Positions 52,201 to 64,000 of a DNA stretch of 64,000 bases are shown in pieces. Under the pieces are notes generated by a model, which ran no database searches, was not told where the DNA came from, and saw only the letters and a program-made list of their open reading frames with translations. The DNA comes from Takakia lepidozioides. Its lineage: Eukaryota; Plantae; Bryophyta. The translations under genes were made by a program, and so were the position numbers. Each line of letters starts with the position of its first letter. Positions within the stretch are counted from its first letter, which is position 1. The stretch covers positions 63,674,001 to 63,738,000 of the forward strand of contig CM060732.1 in NCBI GenBank assembly GCA_030704615.1. The letters run 5' to 3'.

Positions 52201-53965
52201 TTTGCAACTCAGATTTGAGGCGGCTGCTGTTCGCCATTCTGGCCTTAGATCCGCAACCATCAATGTCACCTGTGCAACACCATTACATTGCCAGTTCACC
52301 CTTTTCATCCTCACTCTCACATGAAAAACATCAGAACCAAGACAAATGATGAAAAGACAGGCAGTGAGGAGGGAAAAGGTCATCCTTTAAATTGTCTTAC
52401 AGTAATGAATCCCTATGTGCAAAGAAAGATAGGTAGATTGACAATGTCTACCCAGCCACTCAGGGTAGATTCAGTGATGCTCAGTCGTTGTAAGGTGTCC
52501 AGGTCAGAAGCAGCAGCAGCCTGGAGGGAGGCAGGCACCCCAGCAGACGGCCACATGCTCTTGGCATTCCCGAGATTTGCTGCTGCTTCTGCAAATGGGT
52601 TGCAGTCTCCTGCCAATATACCATCCAAGACGTAGTCCTCCCAGCTGCCCCCAGAACCCCCATAAGAACTTGCTCAGTCCAAGGAATGTGATTGGTGGAA
52701 CATCCATTTCTGATACCCTTCCAGCTGGCATAAAATTTCCAAAAGACTACCCCAAGAAAGACAAGTATATTGACCATCACGGTATCCATGTGCTTACACA
52801 CTTTGCCAGCCCACACCCAGACAAACTCTGATTCAGGCACCACTTTCAACTGACCATCCTAATAACATGGCTATGCTTAATTTTTCGCCATTCATCAGCA
52901 GGAACATCCATCATGCTGTGTAAGTGGTTAGTGAAGATACAATTGAGGCAAAGGGGGGAGCATAACCACTGCGTGTGTACACAGGGAATGCAAGTACCTA
53001 GGATAGCGACCCATTGCCATGAGCTTGAAGAACTCCCCATACGACTCAAGTAGCTTCAATCCATCTGTCCATGTACAAAAATGTGATCTGCTTGGGTCAA
53101 GAGGGCTTCTCACACAAGGACCAGGCTGCTGCTTGTTCCACTGATCAAGAGAATTCCTAGCTTAATCAGTCTTGGAGCATGCAAATATCGCAATAGCAAA
53201 GGATACGTACAGTATACATCCACAGATACAAATGCCTCCCTCCCATCCTGTTTGTCCAAGAAGACAACAGAACGCTATTTTTGTTACTTCTTTGGATCGG
53301 CGTCAACATTGAATTACTTTGGAATATATCCTCCAGAAAGTCCTCCAGCAGACCTGATTCCAGCAGAAAGGAAATGAGTAAAGAGAAGAAGCCGGAGGCA
53401 CAAACTTACCGTCGCCTCGGCGTAGCGCAAGCAGGACCTTCAGAAAGGCCTGGGCTGGAGGACGCCGCAACACCTCCTGATACATCAACAGCGTTGCTGC
53501 ATCCTTCAGCAACGCATTGGCTGCCCTCTCTATCCTGTTAAGGCACACGGGACAGTCCACGAATTAGTGAGCAATCCTCTTAAGGCTCTGTCTCGAGATA
53601 ATAGGAGCACGCCCATCCCGCTGGTTGCAAGCAGCTCACCCAGCACGAGGGTCGGCTGTGAACCCAAGCGATGACACCACACAGCATCCAAGCCTGGCTG
53701 CTGGCCTCCCCTCTCTCAGAGACGGGTTTGTAGGGAGTTTGCTCCATCTTTTCAGTGGACTAATGGTAGATTCGTTGGTTCCGAACAGCACGCTTCTCAC
53801 ATGCATAGAATCTCTGTGCGGTACGCCAGCTCTGGAGTTCGTCGCTGCAAGAATGGGCTCCAATGTTGGGCTCTTCCACCACACGTTACGACAAGGATTG
53901 TGATTCACAATTCTTTCGCTTGTGCTCCCCATGACCATACCTTGATGCACGCTCAGCATCGCCAT
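49281..53965 (-). CDS. DUF815-family AAA+ ATPase, probably plastid-targeted, multi-exon
   Basis: Exons include 53640-53965, 53410-53534, 52998-53064 and an exon starting at 52644 (SWEDYVLDGILAGDCNPFA...DLDTLQRL). Walker A GPSGVGKS, Walker B FALIIDDL, LKTALDG, PQNVLLCAT and C-terminal SVRSAAHFV. Resembles cyanobacterial DUF815. Confidence 0.82.
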
Positions 53966-54329
53966 TTTCCTGCAAGCTGCAAAGCAGCTGCACTGATTTC
54001 CCCACTGCACACAACACTGCAGCAGCGGAATGCATACGATAGTACTGGAAATATGTCTACGAATTGTACTATGACTACCAGCGACCAGAATACAAAGATC
54101 TTAAGGACGGAGCCGTGGCAAAACAAGCACAAGGATGTTTGTTGCTGGGTTGTTCGAATTCCTGTAGTGTCTATAGATGATGACGAGCACCTACTTTGGT
54201 GCGATTTGATGAGAAAGCAAAAGGAAGGAATTGTACGGTGACATGCAACTTTATCCTGTCGATTTCACACGGGCTTTGCGCTCAGTCCATCGTGGGCCCT
54301 TCAACATCTCACGTTTCTTCTTGCAAGCA

Positions 54330-54870
54330 CAGGAATGGCAGCGTGCTCGGGCGCTCTCGTGAGCGAGCAGGCAGAGTTCCTGCGTTCTTCTTTCAGTGAA
54401 CGAACGGAAGGCCTCACATCATGTAGCAGAGTAGAGGATCGGCCGGGCAGAGTTTGGGGGAAATATTACTGTAAGGAGTTCATGTCATCGTCATACAAGG
54501 ACTTTAGAAGAACGTGAGTGTAATCCAGACCATTTTCTCCTTCAGGTATAATTGTCGTCTTTCAATCCATTTCAATCCATTGCAAGAGACAACTACAGCG
54601 GTGCTTGTCCCCATGCCTCGCTTGCGACCATGGTTCGTGGGGGCGAACCTGTTTATACCATGTTTTTGTCTCAGGGTGAGAATTACGAAAGGGCTCCGCT
54701 TAGCCCGCTTAAACCCCGATGAAAGTTCCAGAAGTGAGCTACAATTGCCAGTCTCTGTCTCTGGTTGTAGCCTAAAACTATGTAAGGCTGTGGTTGAAGC
54801 TATGGCTGCTCAGGTTCCTAATGCTGTATTTTACATAAAAGTCCAAGATCATAGACTTCAGACATAACCA
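54330..54870 (+). pseudogene. Paralog of the PPR upstream exons at 42.1-42.95 kb
   Basis: aggaatggcagc start and ELQLPVSVSGCSL..QVPNA versus ELKLPVSGCSL..QVPNA. Confidence 0.6.
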
Positions 54871-55239
54871 CACAGGATTGTGGGTTGCACAGAGCTAGCC
54901 ACCAGAATTCAGCTGGAAAGCAAGCAAACGAGGATCTTTTGTCCATTCTCAGTTGGTTTCAAGTCTGTAGAGCATTTTTCAGTTGCCGTGCCTCACGTAG
55001 CATCCAGCTCACATGGCAAAAAATGTCATGAGAGGTATCGGAGACTCCCCATCATGGGGATCCTCATTTTGGAAGGAGTCATCATGGTGCTCGTTCCAGC
55101 TTGTACCACCTGTGCTGCCGGGTTTTCACACTTCGTATGCACCTGGTGTGTCAATACATACCTTCTGAATCTTGCAGAAAGAGATCTGCTTTTCTTTCCT
55201 GCAGAGGTTTTCTGGACGTAGATAAAAAAAGTGCCATCA

Positions 55240-56591
55240 ATGCTGTGATTGTGTCGGTGTGGTGACAATACCCTCTGAATTTGCAGATGATGGCCACTTA
55301 ATCCATGAAAAGATGCATAAGTAATGGTTGTACAGGTTGAATCTGCACTTTAGACGATCATGTTTATATCTCCCTTCTTGAGCCATCTCTTGAGGCAACC
55401 ATTTCAAGTCGTATATCCTCCACGCGTGATTGCAGCCCTGTACATTATGGCTGATTTGCAGAAGGATACCTCCATACTGTAGATGTTGTGAATAGTACCA
55501 TGTGGTTGGATTGTGGAAAAGCTGCTCCATGCAAGGTGAACCTCTGTACACCTTCTCTACCTGCTGGCTGTGCAACTGTTCATTTATCTCAACTCGAAGT
55601 TTTAGCACAGGAAGCTAAGCCTAGCATGCTGGTGACCAGCTAATCGCTCTTGTGATGAGAAAGGCAGCCAACAATCTGGGCACGGCAGTCGATTTGCAGA
55701 CGAAATTTTACTTTCTTGGATATCAGGATCATCCACAAACTAATTGAAGTTCTTAGTCATGTATGTGGAAGAGGTGATACAGTCACGGGGGTGCACTTAT
55801 CTAGAGAAATCCAAATGCCACCCCCTCAGTACTTCCCACACCATGACCTCTATGAAACAGAGCCGAGTGAGAAACCGGTTGCACATTACCTTTTGCTGCC
55901 ACCTTCAACCGCATTCTCTCTTCTATCATTTCCACCATCTGTTGTTCATCCTTGTAGGGATGCTTCTGCAGATAAACTTGTTCAGCAGCTGGTAAACCCT
56001 TGATCAAGCACATTTTCAAAATAGCAGGGCGTTCAGAAGGGATAGAGATTGCCTTACAAACTGCTGTTTTATCTCAGTGTAGTATTTCCAGACCCTCTCA
56101 CCTGTCTTGTAAACTCTGTCCGGCATAGTATAATTATTCGGCTCTTCTGCCCTGAAGAGCTTAAATGCTAGAAGTCGTGCCACATCCCATTTCAACTCAC
56201 CTTGATCTTTGATGCTGGCCTCGAACAAGGTACGAGCTTCACCCTTTAAGCAGAATCGGAAAGTGTTGGTGACCAACCCTGCAGGTACTTGATTGAACTT
56301 GACACTCATTTCAAAGAAGGTCAAAAAGACCTCAAAGTCTTCCCCTACTTTAAATTCAGGGTAGGGTTGTTTGTGAATCCGTTTGGATTCTACTGTTGTC
56401 ACTTTAGGTGGTTCAGCTGTTTTGTTCAAGAGCAACAGCATTGAAGCTGGACACGAAGACAACACATTCATGTCCTCACATAATCCCTGCACGTTCAAAT
56501 TGTTAACAAGAGAAGGAATCGGAAGCTCAGTTTGCTCAAAAGCATTTGGTTTCTCGTTGCCTTCTACCTGCGGGGACTCCTCCATGGGCAT
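55240..56591 (-). mobile_element. Retrotransposon Gag-like ORF (capsid), frameshifted
   Basis: PEFKVGEDFEVFLTFFE...CLKGEARTLFE...W...GERVWKY...IKGLP follows the Ty3/gypsy-like capsid pattern. No LTR or RT found. Confidence 0.65.
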
Positions 56592-58846
56592 TGTCTAATG
56601 GATCCTACCAAATACGACGTAGGCCTCCTGAGTGACGTGAAACACGCGTCGGACAGCAATGGTAGTATCCCCCGCTCCTCCAGTCTATCCAACCATGAAG
56701 TGGCCGGTGAAAACACTGCCACATGCACTTCGCTATCCACATCCACCTCCATCTTCTTCAACCGCCTCCAGATGTGCAAGCGAATGCCCCACCTCACCCT
56801 TCCGCACAGGCGCAAGCTGCCCAACAACAGGTTGCAACCCTTCCCTCACCTGTGCGTCGGGTAAAACATAGGGCAAGACCTCCTCTGCAATGGGATCCAA
56901 GTCCTCACTGTGTGTGATACTGCCACACAAAACAATCCACATTAGAACAACAAATCAACAAATCAAATTGCTTGTTTGCCATGATGCAAAGACCACACTC
57001 TACATCTGCTGGTTACCGCTTCTATCTGTGGCCCTTGCACTCCAGGCAAATGTCAAAGTGAGAGGAATACCTCTCAATATGGATGCCGAGGAGGTTGCCC
57101 TCGACATCAATGACTGCCCCACCTGACGAGTTGGGGAAGGAGCTGTAATCAGCACCGACGCGCTCCCTGCTCAGGTCCGTCGATATGACTCCATGTAAGG
57201 TAGTTGATTTCTTCACCTCAACTCCGGACTCATCCACGAGTTGAGGGAAGGAAATCAAGGTAACCTCATTGCCTACAGCAAAATTAAACAAAAGAAAACA
57301 TGTTATTCAAGCTATCATGTAGCTTTGCTTACACAACAAAAGGAGAGAAAGAATTCATGCCATGATTGTGGAGGTAAGGCTCCTAACAGCTTACCTGGGG
57401 TGAGGCTGTACAGTGATGAAGAGATAAGGAGAAATGACCAAGTCATGTCTCCCTCCACTTTGAAGCATGAGATGTCATGACGGGGCAAGGACAGAAGATG
57501 ATGTACCCTGCACCCGCTGACCCTCAACATGTCCGGGTAGATGACCCCACTGAAAAACAGAAGAGAACATTAGAACCTTGTTGCTGCATCCAATTTGAGA
57601 ATTTGAAACTCACTACAGTACCCTTGGCAGCAAATCTAGCTCTAACAGTGAGGGGTTTTCTAAAGAATGAAAGGACACCGTAGAAAAAACTGTTCCTATG
57701 ATTCAAGACAGCCCTAATGAATAGGAGTATATCACAAAGGGTTACAACGCTCCCATTAGTTCTTCTGAGATTGGATCTTAAAACAAAATCACATTAATTT
57801 CGGAATTTCACAAGAACATGGCGAAAGTAGGTCAGCCATGTGTGAGGCAGGTTTATGAAATGGGTCCATTCTAGAATATCCAGCAGATGCATGTTGTTGT
57901 CACAATGGAAACGAATGTCAATGTGCACCTCTGTTCACTGACTTTGAAACCTTGAGGGTGAGCCAAAAGCCCAGGAACTTTTGGGGTCTAGTTATTGGGC
58001 AAATCACACACAGCAAATTGATGGTTGTGTGAAGGGATTTTCTAGAGGATATCTGGAAACCCCAGATCAATTGTTTGTTTGAAGGTAAGTCGTACTACCG
58101 GCGTCAGCCCCTCTGGCAAAGATAGTTTTGTCCATTCGTGTTCCGCCCAAACTAGGCGTGGGGTCAATGGCCACGAGGCTATGTCAAGCAACGTCTTATA
58201 GATACATTCTATCACAAAAGCAGTTCTCTTTCAGGAATCAGTCAATAAGGGAATCTTATAGTGGTACTCCATGGAAAAAGCCGATCTCTCCTGTGTGTCT
58301 CTCCAGACAGCTCTTTTGTTGAAGATTCCACATCTCAACCTCCATCAATAAAACACAAGTCGAGCTCTTCCAGACTATTGAATAAGTGCTAAGCATTGGA
58401 CCACTCTGGGTGTATACAAGACTGGCAAAAATGTACAATCTGTGGAGAGTTGGTCGCTCTGAGTACTTTCACTGTAGGCTTGGCTTAGATGGGAGCCTGT
58501 GTACTGCTTTACCTGCATTTGTGCGCTTCCGTTTGTTAGTGGCCTCTATGCTTGAATCAACTGGGGAAATGTGGTACACATATTTTGTTCGTGTGAGGGG
58601 CTCATCGTGGTCTTGGGTAAGGACGCCCTTGGTCCCTTCCCACTCCTGCAGTGCCCCGACACCGCACTTGCGTTGCAGGGACCGCTTCAGGGACCGCTTC
58701 ATGCTCTTTGCTGTTGTTCCCTCCTCCACAGTAACTAGAACATTCCCCGCAACATCATACACGGTGATGCTCTCCACCTGCACCTGCTTCCTCTTCTGAC
58801 TCCTAGTCCCCAATATGTTGAACCTACAGCAAACGATGATAAACAA
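56564..58846 (-). pseudogene. Intron-containing trypsin-like serine peptidase gene, probably disrupted
   Basis: LPRHDISCFKV (Asp), ADYSSFPNSSGGAVIDVEGNLLGIH (Ser) and terminal VAVFSPATSWLDRL. Upstream exon of unknown type; LINE insertion and apparent frameshifts. Confidence 0.6.
57924..58210 (+). mobile_element. LINE 3'-end fragment (10.1-11.3 kb family)
   Basis: gtgcacctctgttcactgactttgaaacc...cacacacagcaaattgat...gtcaatggccacgaggcta. Confidence 0.8.
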
Positions 58847-59788
58847 AAATCAATGCAGTTTACATGTGTGTCACTACCAATGTAATTGAGCAAACGACTA
58901 CCCCTCAAAGCATGAACCAGTCGATTCAATATGGCACACTTACAACTAGAAACGAACTAGAAACGAACACAAAGGTGACGGAGAGCAACGGAGTACTTAC
59001 TTGCATTTGTTTGTTCTAGTCCGAACGACGGGGTTGAAAGCAGCTAACTACGGCTACAGCGAGGTTTGGGCGCACAAGCAACTCTTGGACTACCTCCAGC
59101 GCATGGATATGTTTCACTTCATCACCCTAGTGGCCAAACACATGGAGAACAACAGATGAGTCTCAAAACATCTGACAATTTGTCTCCAGCTCTCTCATTG
59201 TGATCATTTCATGCTCTGAAATTTAGCTGCCCATTTCGATTGCCTTCATTAGAAATCTCCCCGTCTGAATTCCCCACAACGACTTTGAGAAGATATTTTA
59301 ATTATGTCGTCACGACAGGATTTGGCGAGTACACTGCTTGCACAAAGTAGAGACAGAACAACAGGTGAGACAACCATGTTCAAAGGCTGCTAATTCTTGG
59401 CAGAGGCATTCAGATACTAAGATACCAAGGCTAGGCTGCGGGCCCTCGCAAGGCACTCCGTCTTTGGAATGCATGTAAGAATGATAAGGGTTCTCTTTGT
59501 TTTTTCGAATTCTGTTGGTCTCAAGTGGGCCCTACCTCTCTCACCAGTCATTTGTTTACAGAAATTTCCTCTGGAGCTTGCTTTTGTCCAGAAGCCTCTT
59601 GTACTCACCACAATTTGTCTTCTCTCGAACGCAGCGCGGAAATCAAACGCTTATATCCGGCTTCACTCGCCCTTCCCGCCTTCCTCAGCCACTCATCACA
59701 ATGCTGTTATCACAATTGGACCTAGACGTTAAGTTCTCAAGCGAGAAACCGCACCTCCAAGTGCAATTGTGAGACAGGTTGAGAGATT

Positions 59789-61623
59789 CACAAAGATGAT
59801 GAAACCCTGTAAGACTTTATTTACAACATGTACAATGGGTGAACCGGCATATGATGTGAAGTTCCCAAAAAAGGGGGGGAGGAACAAGAAACAAGAGAAG
59901 AAAACAAAAAGCTATAGTAAGCTACTCAGCTAGAGAAAAAAAACAAAAGCTATAGTAAGCTACTCAATCAGAAGCTATAGTAAACTACTCAAGCAGAGCG
60001 ACCCTCCCAGCCAACAGCCTGGAGGAGATCAGGCAAGGAGATAGGCAAAGTGTCAGGTAGAGGCGGAAGACGAGATGACGCGGAGCTAGCCACATCAGCC
60101 CGATGCAAAATAGAGATGGCTTGTGCTCTCTGCAAAGCAACTGAAACACGTTGTCGATAGTAGGCGACAAGGACGGAGGCATGTGGGATGCCAGTGGACC
60201 CGCTCTTGGCTGCATGATGTGCACATGTCTGCAGGAAATCGTCGAAGTGGCGGTGCAATGAGCCAAATATTTCGACCGCCAGTGGAAGAAATGTGTCGGT
60301 GGGGTGACGATCGTTGTAGTCGCGCTCTTTGGTCTGGGCTGCTACAGTGGCTGCCATGCCTGATGTGGTAGCTGCGCGAGATAGCAGATCCGCTCGAGTG
60401 GGGTCGGCGAGAAGAACGACATCTGCTAAGGTACGCAAAACCATCTCTAGATAGGACGATGTCAACACGGCGGGTAGAGTGGGACGTGAGCGTGGGACGT
60501 GAGCGTGGGTCGTAGATGTGGTTGCTCACGCAGTACATGATACCCTGCCTCCCGAACAATAGATGTCACCGCATCACGAACCATATCATGAGACGCAGTG
60601 CGCTCCACATGGACAGCGGAGGAGATGGATGGCAAGGTCATCGATGGGCTGAAGACAGACGCAGCGCTGAAGGCCCAATGTCGAAGGATGAGGCAAACCA
60701 AGTCGAAGGCGGAGCGCAGTAGTGAAAATAGGGGATGAGAGGCGAAAATGTGCGATAGTGGGTCGTGCTGTCAACCATGCCCCTGCTCCGGGTCCTGCGC
60801 ATGATAAAAGCCGGGCTCGATGCAACTCAGAAGAAGCACTTTAGAGCATGCCAGAAAAGGAATGACGGTGCACGCGCTCGGAAATGGACTCCTGAAGATG
60901 GTCGAGGCCTTGAGCAACCAACTGCTCAAATGGTGGTAGACATGCTCGCGCCGGTGCCGGAAGAAGATCTCGTGCAGAGCGGAGATGCTGCTGGAAGGGT
61001 AAAATGTCACTGTCGACATGTGCAACGGCGTCCATAAGGATGAGACGATGGTCACAGAGGAAATCGTGAAGCGAGGGCTGGCGCCACCAATGCCCAACTG
61101 CCGAGGAAAAGCTGACGGTAGTGACAGTGGACAAAAGACCCACACCACTGGAAGAGATGGGCAAGGTGGCTTGTTGTCGTGGCAAAAGTCCCTGAGCACC
61201 CTCCAGAGCTCCTGGTCCTAACTATCTCCCGAAGATAGTCATCATGGTAGTATCAAACCCAGATAAGAGGTGTAGGAAATATGGGCTGGGTGGAACAGTG
61301 CGCAAGAGATATGAGGGACGTTGAATGAAACATTTGGTCAAGATTCCATATGCTACCTGTACATCTCCGAGCCTAGGAAGGAGATCGGCGTGGGTGGCAT
61401 CCTGGTGGAGTGCATCTTCCAAGAATGACGTTGTGAACTGGGTGGTGCCAAAAGGGACTCCCAGGATTCTGATGCCATTGGGCGGAGCAATGAAGTGAGC
61501 ACGGAGGACAAAATCTGCAGGGAGACCGGACGGAGACCACACCGCACATTTGCGAGGTTGCACTGAAAGGCCCAAGAGGTAGCACCAAGGCTTAATCCCC
61601 GCAGCACCCGAGTGAAGCCTCAA
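59789..61623 (-). mobile_element. CRE-clade non-LTR retrotransposon (RT C-terminus, zinc knuckle, restriction-like endonuclease), 5'-truncated and frameshifted
   Basis: GIRILGVPFG, GAGAWLTARP, ALRLRLGLP, CVC..HLLRC, HDMVRD, RRVDIV..ADVV, KERDY..FLPLAVEIFG, RVSVALQRAQA. The 3'UTR has a 3x gctatagtaagctactca repeat. Confidence 0.88.
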
Positions 61624-62329
61624 ACTGGCAGCAGTATAAGGCCCAATTTAGAGTACCGCCTAAAACTGACTACCACCCAATTTAGACTACTTACGGGCCT
61701 CTTTTTCCGCTCATTCAGGGAATAATTCACTAGGGCTTGGCATATGCGAGATATTTCATGGTATATTCGATTGTGCTCACCTGCTACCCAACCTCCAATC
61801 CTTCAGCAAATTACTAGGGGCTTGCTTTGATGCAGGGGATGGATTGAAAATGTAATGAATTTTCAACTTCACAATATACCCTCACCCATCCGAGTCTCCC
61901 AAGAGATGTAAAAGTGGTTGTGTGCACCCTTCAAATCCATAAAAAAAACCAGTTTCGAGTTTCGACCATTAGCTTCATACCTTGTCTATATGAGGATCTC
62001 TGAAGGGCAGCCATGTCTAAGTATAACGTCATCAAGGAAGAATTCTATTGTCCAGGACAGAATACGGGCTAATGAGACATGTAAGTATCACCCACACAGT
62101 GTGTGTGCTTAATAGGGGACCTTGACCCTCACAAGCTCCTTCAGTAAGTGCAGTGTTGTCTGTTATTTTTCTTATTTTTCCTGTGTGCATGTAGCGAAGT
62201 AGGCAACTCGCCAAAGTTTTATCCAAATTTGCAAATGCACACATTGATAGACACTAAGGCAAATGGAATCTGGCAAACTTCTCATGTTCTTGTGGTGTGC
62301 ACCAGGTCAATTGGCAAAGAGCGTAAAAC

Positions 62330-62760
62330 AAATCTGCATGCAGGAGTTCTCATATTCTTCACAGTGGTTGGACAACAGGTTTAATAAGGTGAGGCTAGCT
62401 TCCTAATTAAGAATGCAATCGGCAGAAGCTGGCATGCAGATGTTTGTGGGCTGGAATTTATCTTCACTTGCTCAAATTAATGAGGATTCTGGTCTTTGTC
62501 TGAAAAGCAGCTTGTTCCTACTTTTCCTGCTAATAGGTTGTTTTTCGGCACTAACCGGGCATGAAAGTAGTTTGTTCAAGGTTTTTGCCTGCTATTGAAC
62601 ATTATGCTTGAAGCTTTGATGGTCGCAAGGATGTGATTGCAGGTGCAGCTGCTCAGGTGTACGCAGCTGGTTTTCACAGAGAGGTCCAAAATCACCAGAT
62701 CACTTCAGACACAAGCTCATGAAGGAGCTCCTTTGTATTGAGAGTTGGTGGAACCGTCCG
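62330..62760 (+). pseudogene. Paralog of the PPR upstream exons at 42.97-43.27 kb
   Basis: ggacaacaggttt.ataaggtg and tttcacaga.a.gtccaa.atc...attgag.gttggt are shared. Confidence 0.55.
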
Positions 62761-62789
62761 AGGCTAGCTGCCACCCCCATGCACCGTCC

Positions 62790-63600
62790 ATTTCAAGCTG
62801 GAGGGAGGCCAAAGGGGGCTGGTTCTTGGAATTGCCGCCGCCAGATGGTGTCTAACAAGCTTACTCCAGAGACTGGAAAGATGAGTGAATACCCTTGGAA
62901 CCCATTTCGCCAAACATGGCAGAAATCTGGGATTGTGGGTCCAAGACCCTTAGCCCACCATGCTTTCTCTTCTGAGAAATCTGGGCCCAACTGTGGCGCC
63001 CCAAATCAAGTTTCGCACCAGATATTTAATTTTTAAGGTGAAAGGAGCTCCAATAGGAGAATTTCATTTTCAGCCCAGAAGATTCACAGAAACTGCCAAG
63101 AGCGTTCAGAATCACGGAGGAAACATTTGAACTGGAACTATTGTCAATGTACAGGGTAGCCTTGTCAGCGTATAAGGAGGATCTGATAGAAGAAGAAGGG
63201 TCCAAGGACAAGGAGTGAGGAATGATCAAACCCCAAGAGTCATTCCTTTTATCCATGAGGTGGCCTAAGCCATCTGCAGCAATCAGAAAAAGAAAAGGGC
63301 CAAGGGGCAACCCTGTCTGACTGACTTGAAAAGCGGGACAGATTTAGAAAGTGCTCCGTTTATCAACGCCCTGCTGGAAGCTGAGCAATCTAGGAGAATA
63401 CCAATCCAGGTTAAAATCCCAAAGCCTCCAAGGCACCAAGCAAATAATTCCAGTTGATGTTATTGAAGGCCTTCGAAGGCCCTACAACTTGGTTGTCAAT
63501 GATAGGAAGCGTAAGTATGGTATGGTGTCTCTTGACCCCCAAGGACTACTGCTTCTTGCGGGAAGGCATACAGCTTCCTGACACCACTTCCTAGGTGGTA
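62790..63600 (-). mobile_element. L1-clade LINE reverse transcriptase fragment
   Basis: Frameshifted SVRQG-PLGPFLFLIAADGL...SLYADKATLY...FCESSGLKM. Confidence 0.8.
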
Positions 63601-63674
63601 TATGTCTAGGGAATTCCAAAAAGGCCTTGATGTGAAATGCATCGCAATTCACTTGATCACCCCCTAGAAGTGCG

Positions 63675-63881
63675 CAATTCAATTGAATTGCAAGGGCAAT
63701 TCAATTGAACTAACCCTAATTTGCAATTCAATTGAATTGTCGGCACACGATTCAATTGAATTGCGAATTGGCAATTCAATTGAATTGCAGTCAACAATTC
63801 AATCGAATTGTCAACTCGCAATTCAATTGAATCGCTAGTTGGCAATTCAATTGAATTGCTGACTACAATTCAATTGAATTG
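63675..63881. repeat. Array of nine 16-bp palindromes CAATTCAATTGAATTG with short variable spacers
   Basis: Units at 63675, 63697, 63724, 63748, 63772, 63795, 63819, 63843 and 63866. Confidence 0.9.
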
Positions 63882-64000
63882 TAATCTATAATTTTTTAAC
63901 TTATTTCTGTATATAATATATATGTATATATTTAAATTATACATATATACATACACAGGTATAAGCTAAAAATATATGTTGCCTGTCTATTCTTGCTGTC

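Noticed and set aside
63675-63881. CRISPR array
   Set aside because: Spacers are only 6-11 bp, the repeat is 16 bp, there are no cas genes and the context is eukaryotic.

Overview
Eukaryotic nuclear DNA from a land plant, probably a seed-free or bryophyte-grade lineage. That placement is an inference from the DUF815 gene, the CRE-type LINEs and the heavy PLS-DYW PPR expansion. Apparently intact genes: CCT3 chaperonin (-, 14 exons), divergent MIC60/mitofilin (+), an intronless PLS-E-DYW RNA-editing PPR (43.5-46.3 kb, +) and a probably plastid-targeted DUF815 AAA+ ATPase (-). The rest is mostly decayed material: a large cluster of PPR pseudogenes (mostly antisense to the intact gene), CHUP1-like and beta-amylase pseudogenes, a trypsin-like gene abutting a Gag-like ORF, three kinds of LINE fragments, a Copia LTR with PBS, and several tandem arrays. 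The best novelty candidate is a disrupted, intronless gene resembling phage T7 gp2.5/DUF2815-type ssDNA-binding proteins. It has a plant-type promoter and lies inside a ~1-kb element ending in a Helitron-like CTAG terminus (23.95-24.98 kb). All protein-family assignments come from remembered motifs, not database searches.
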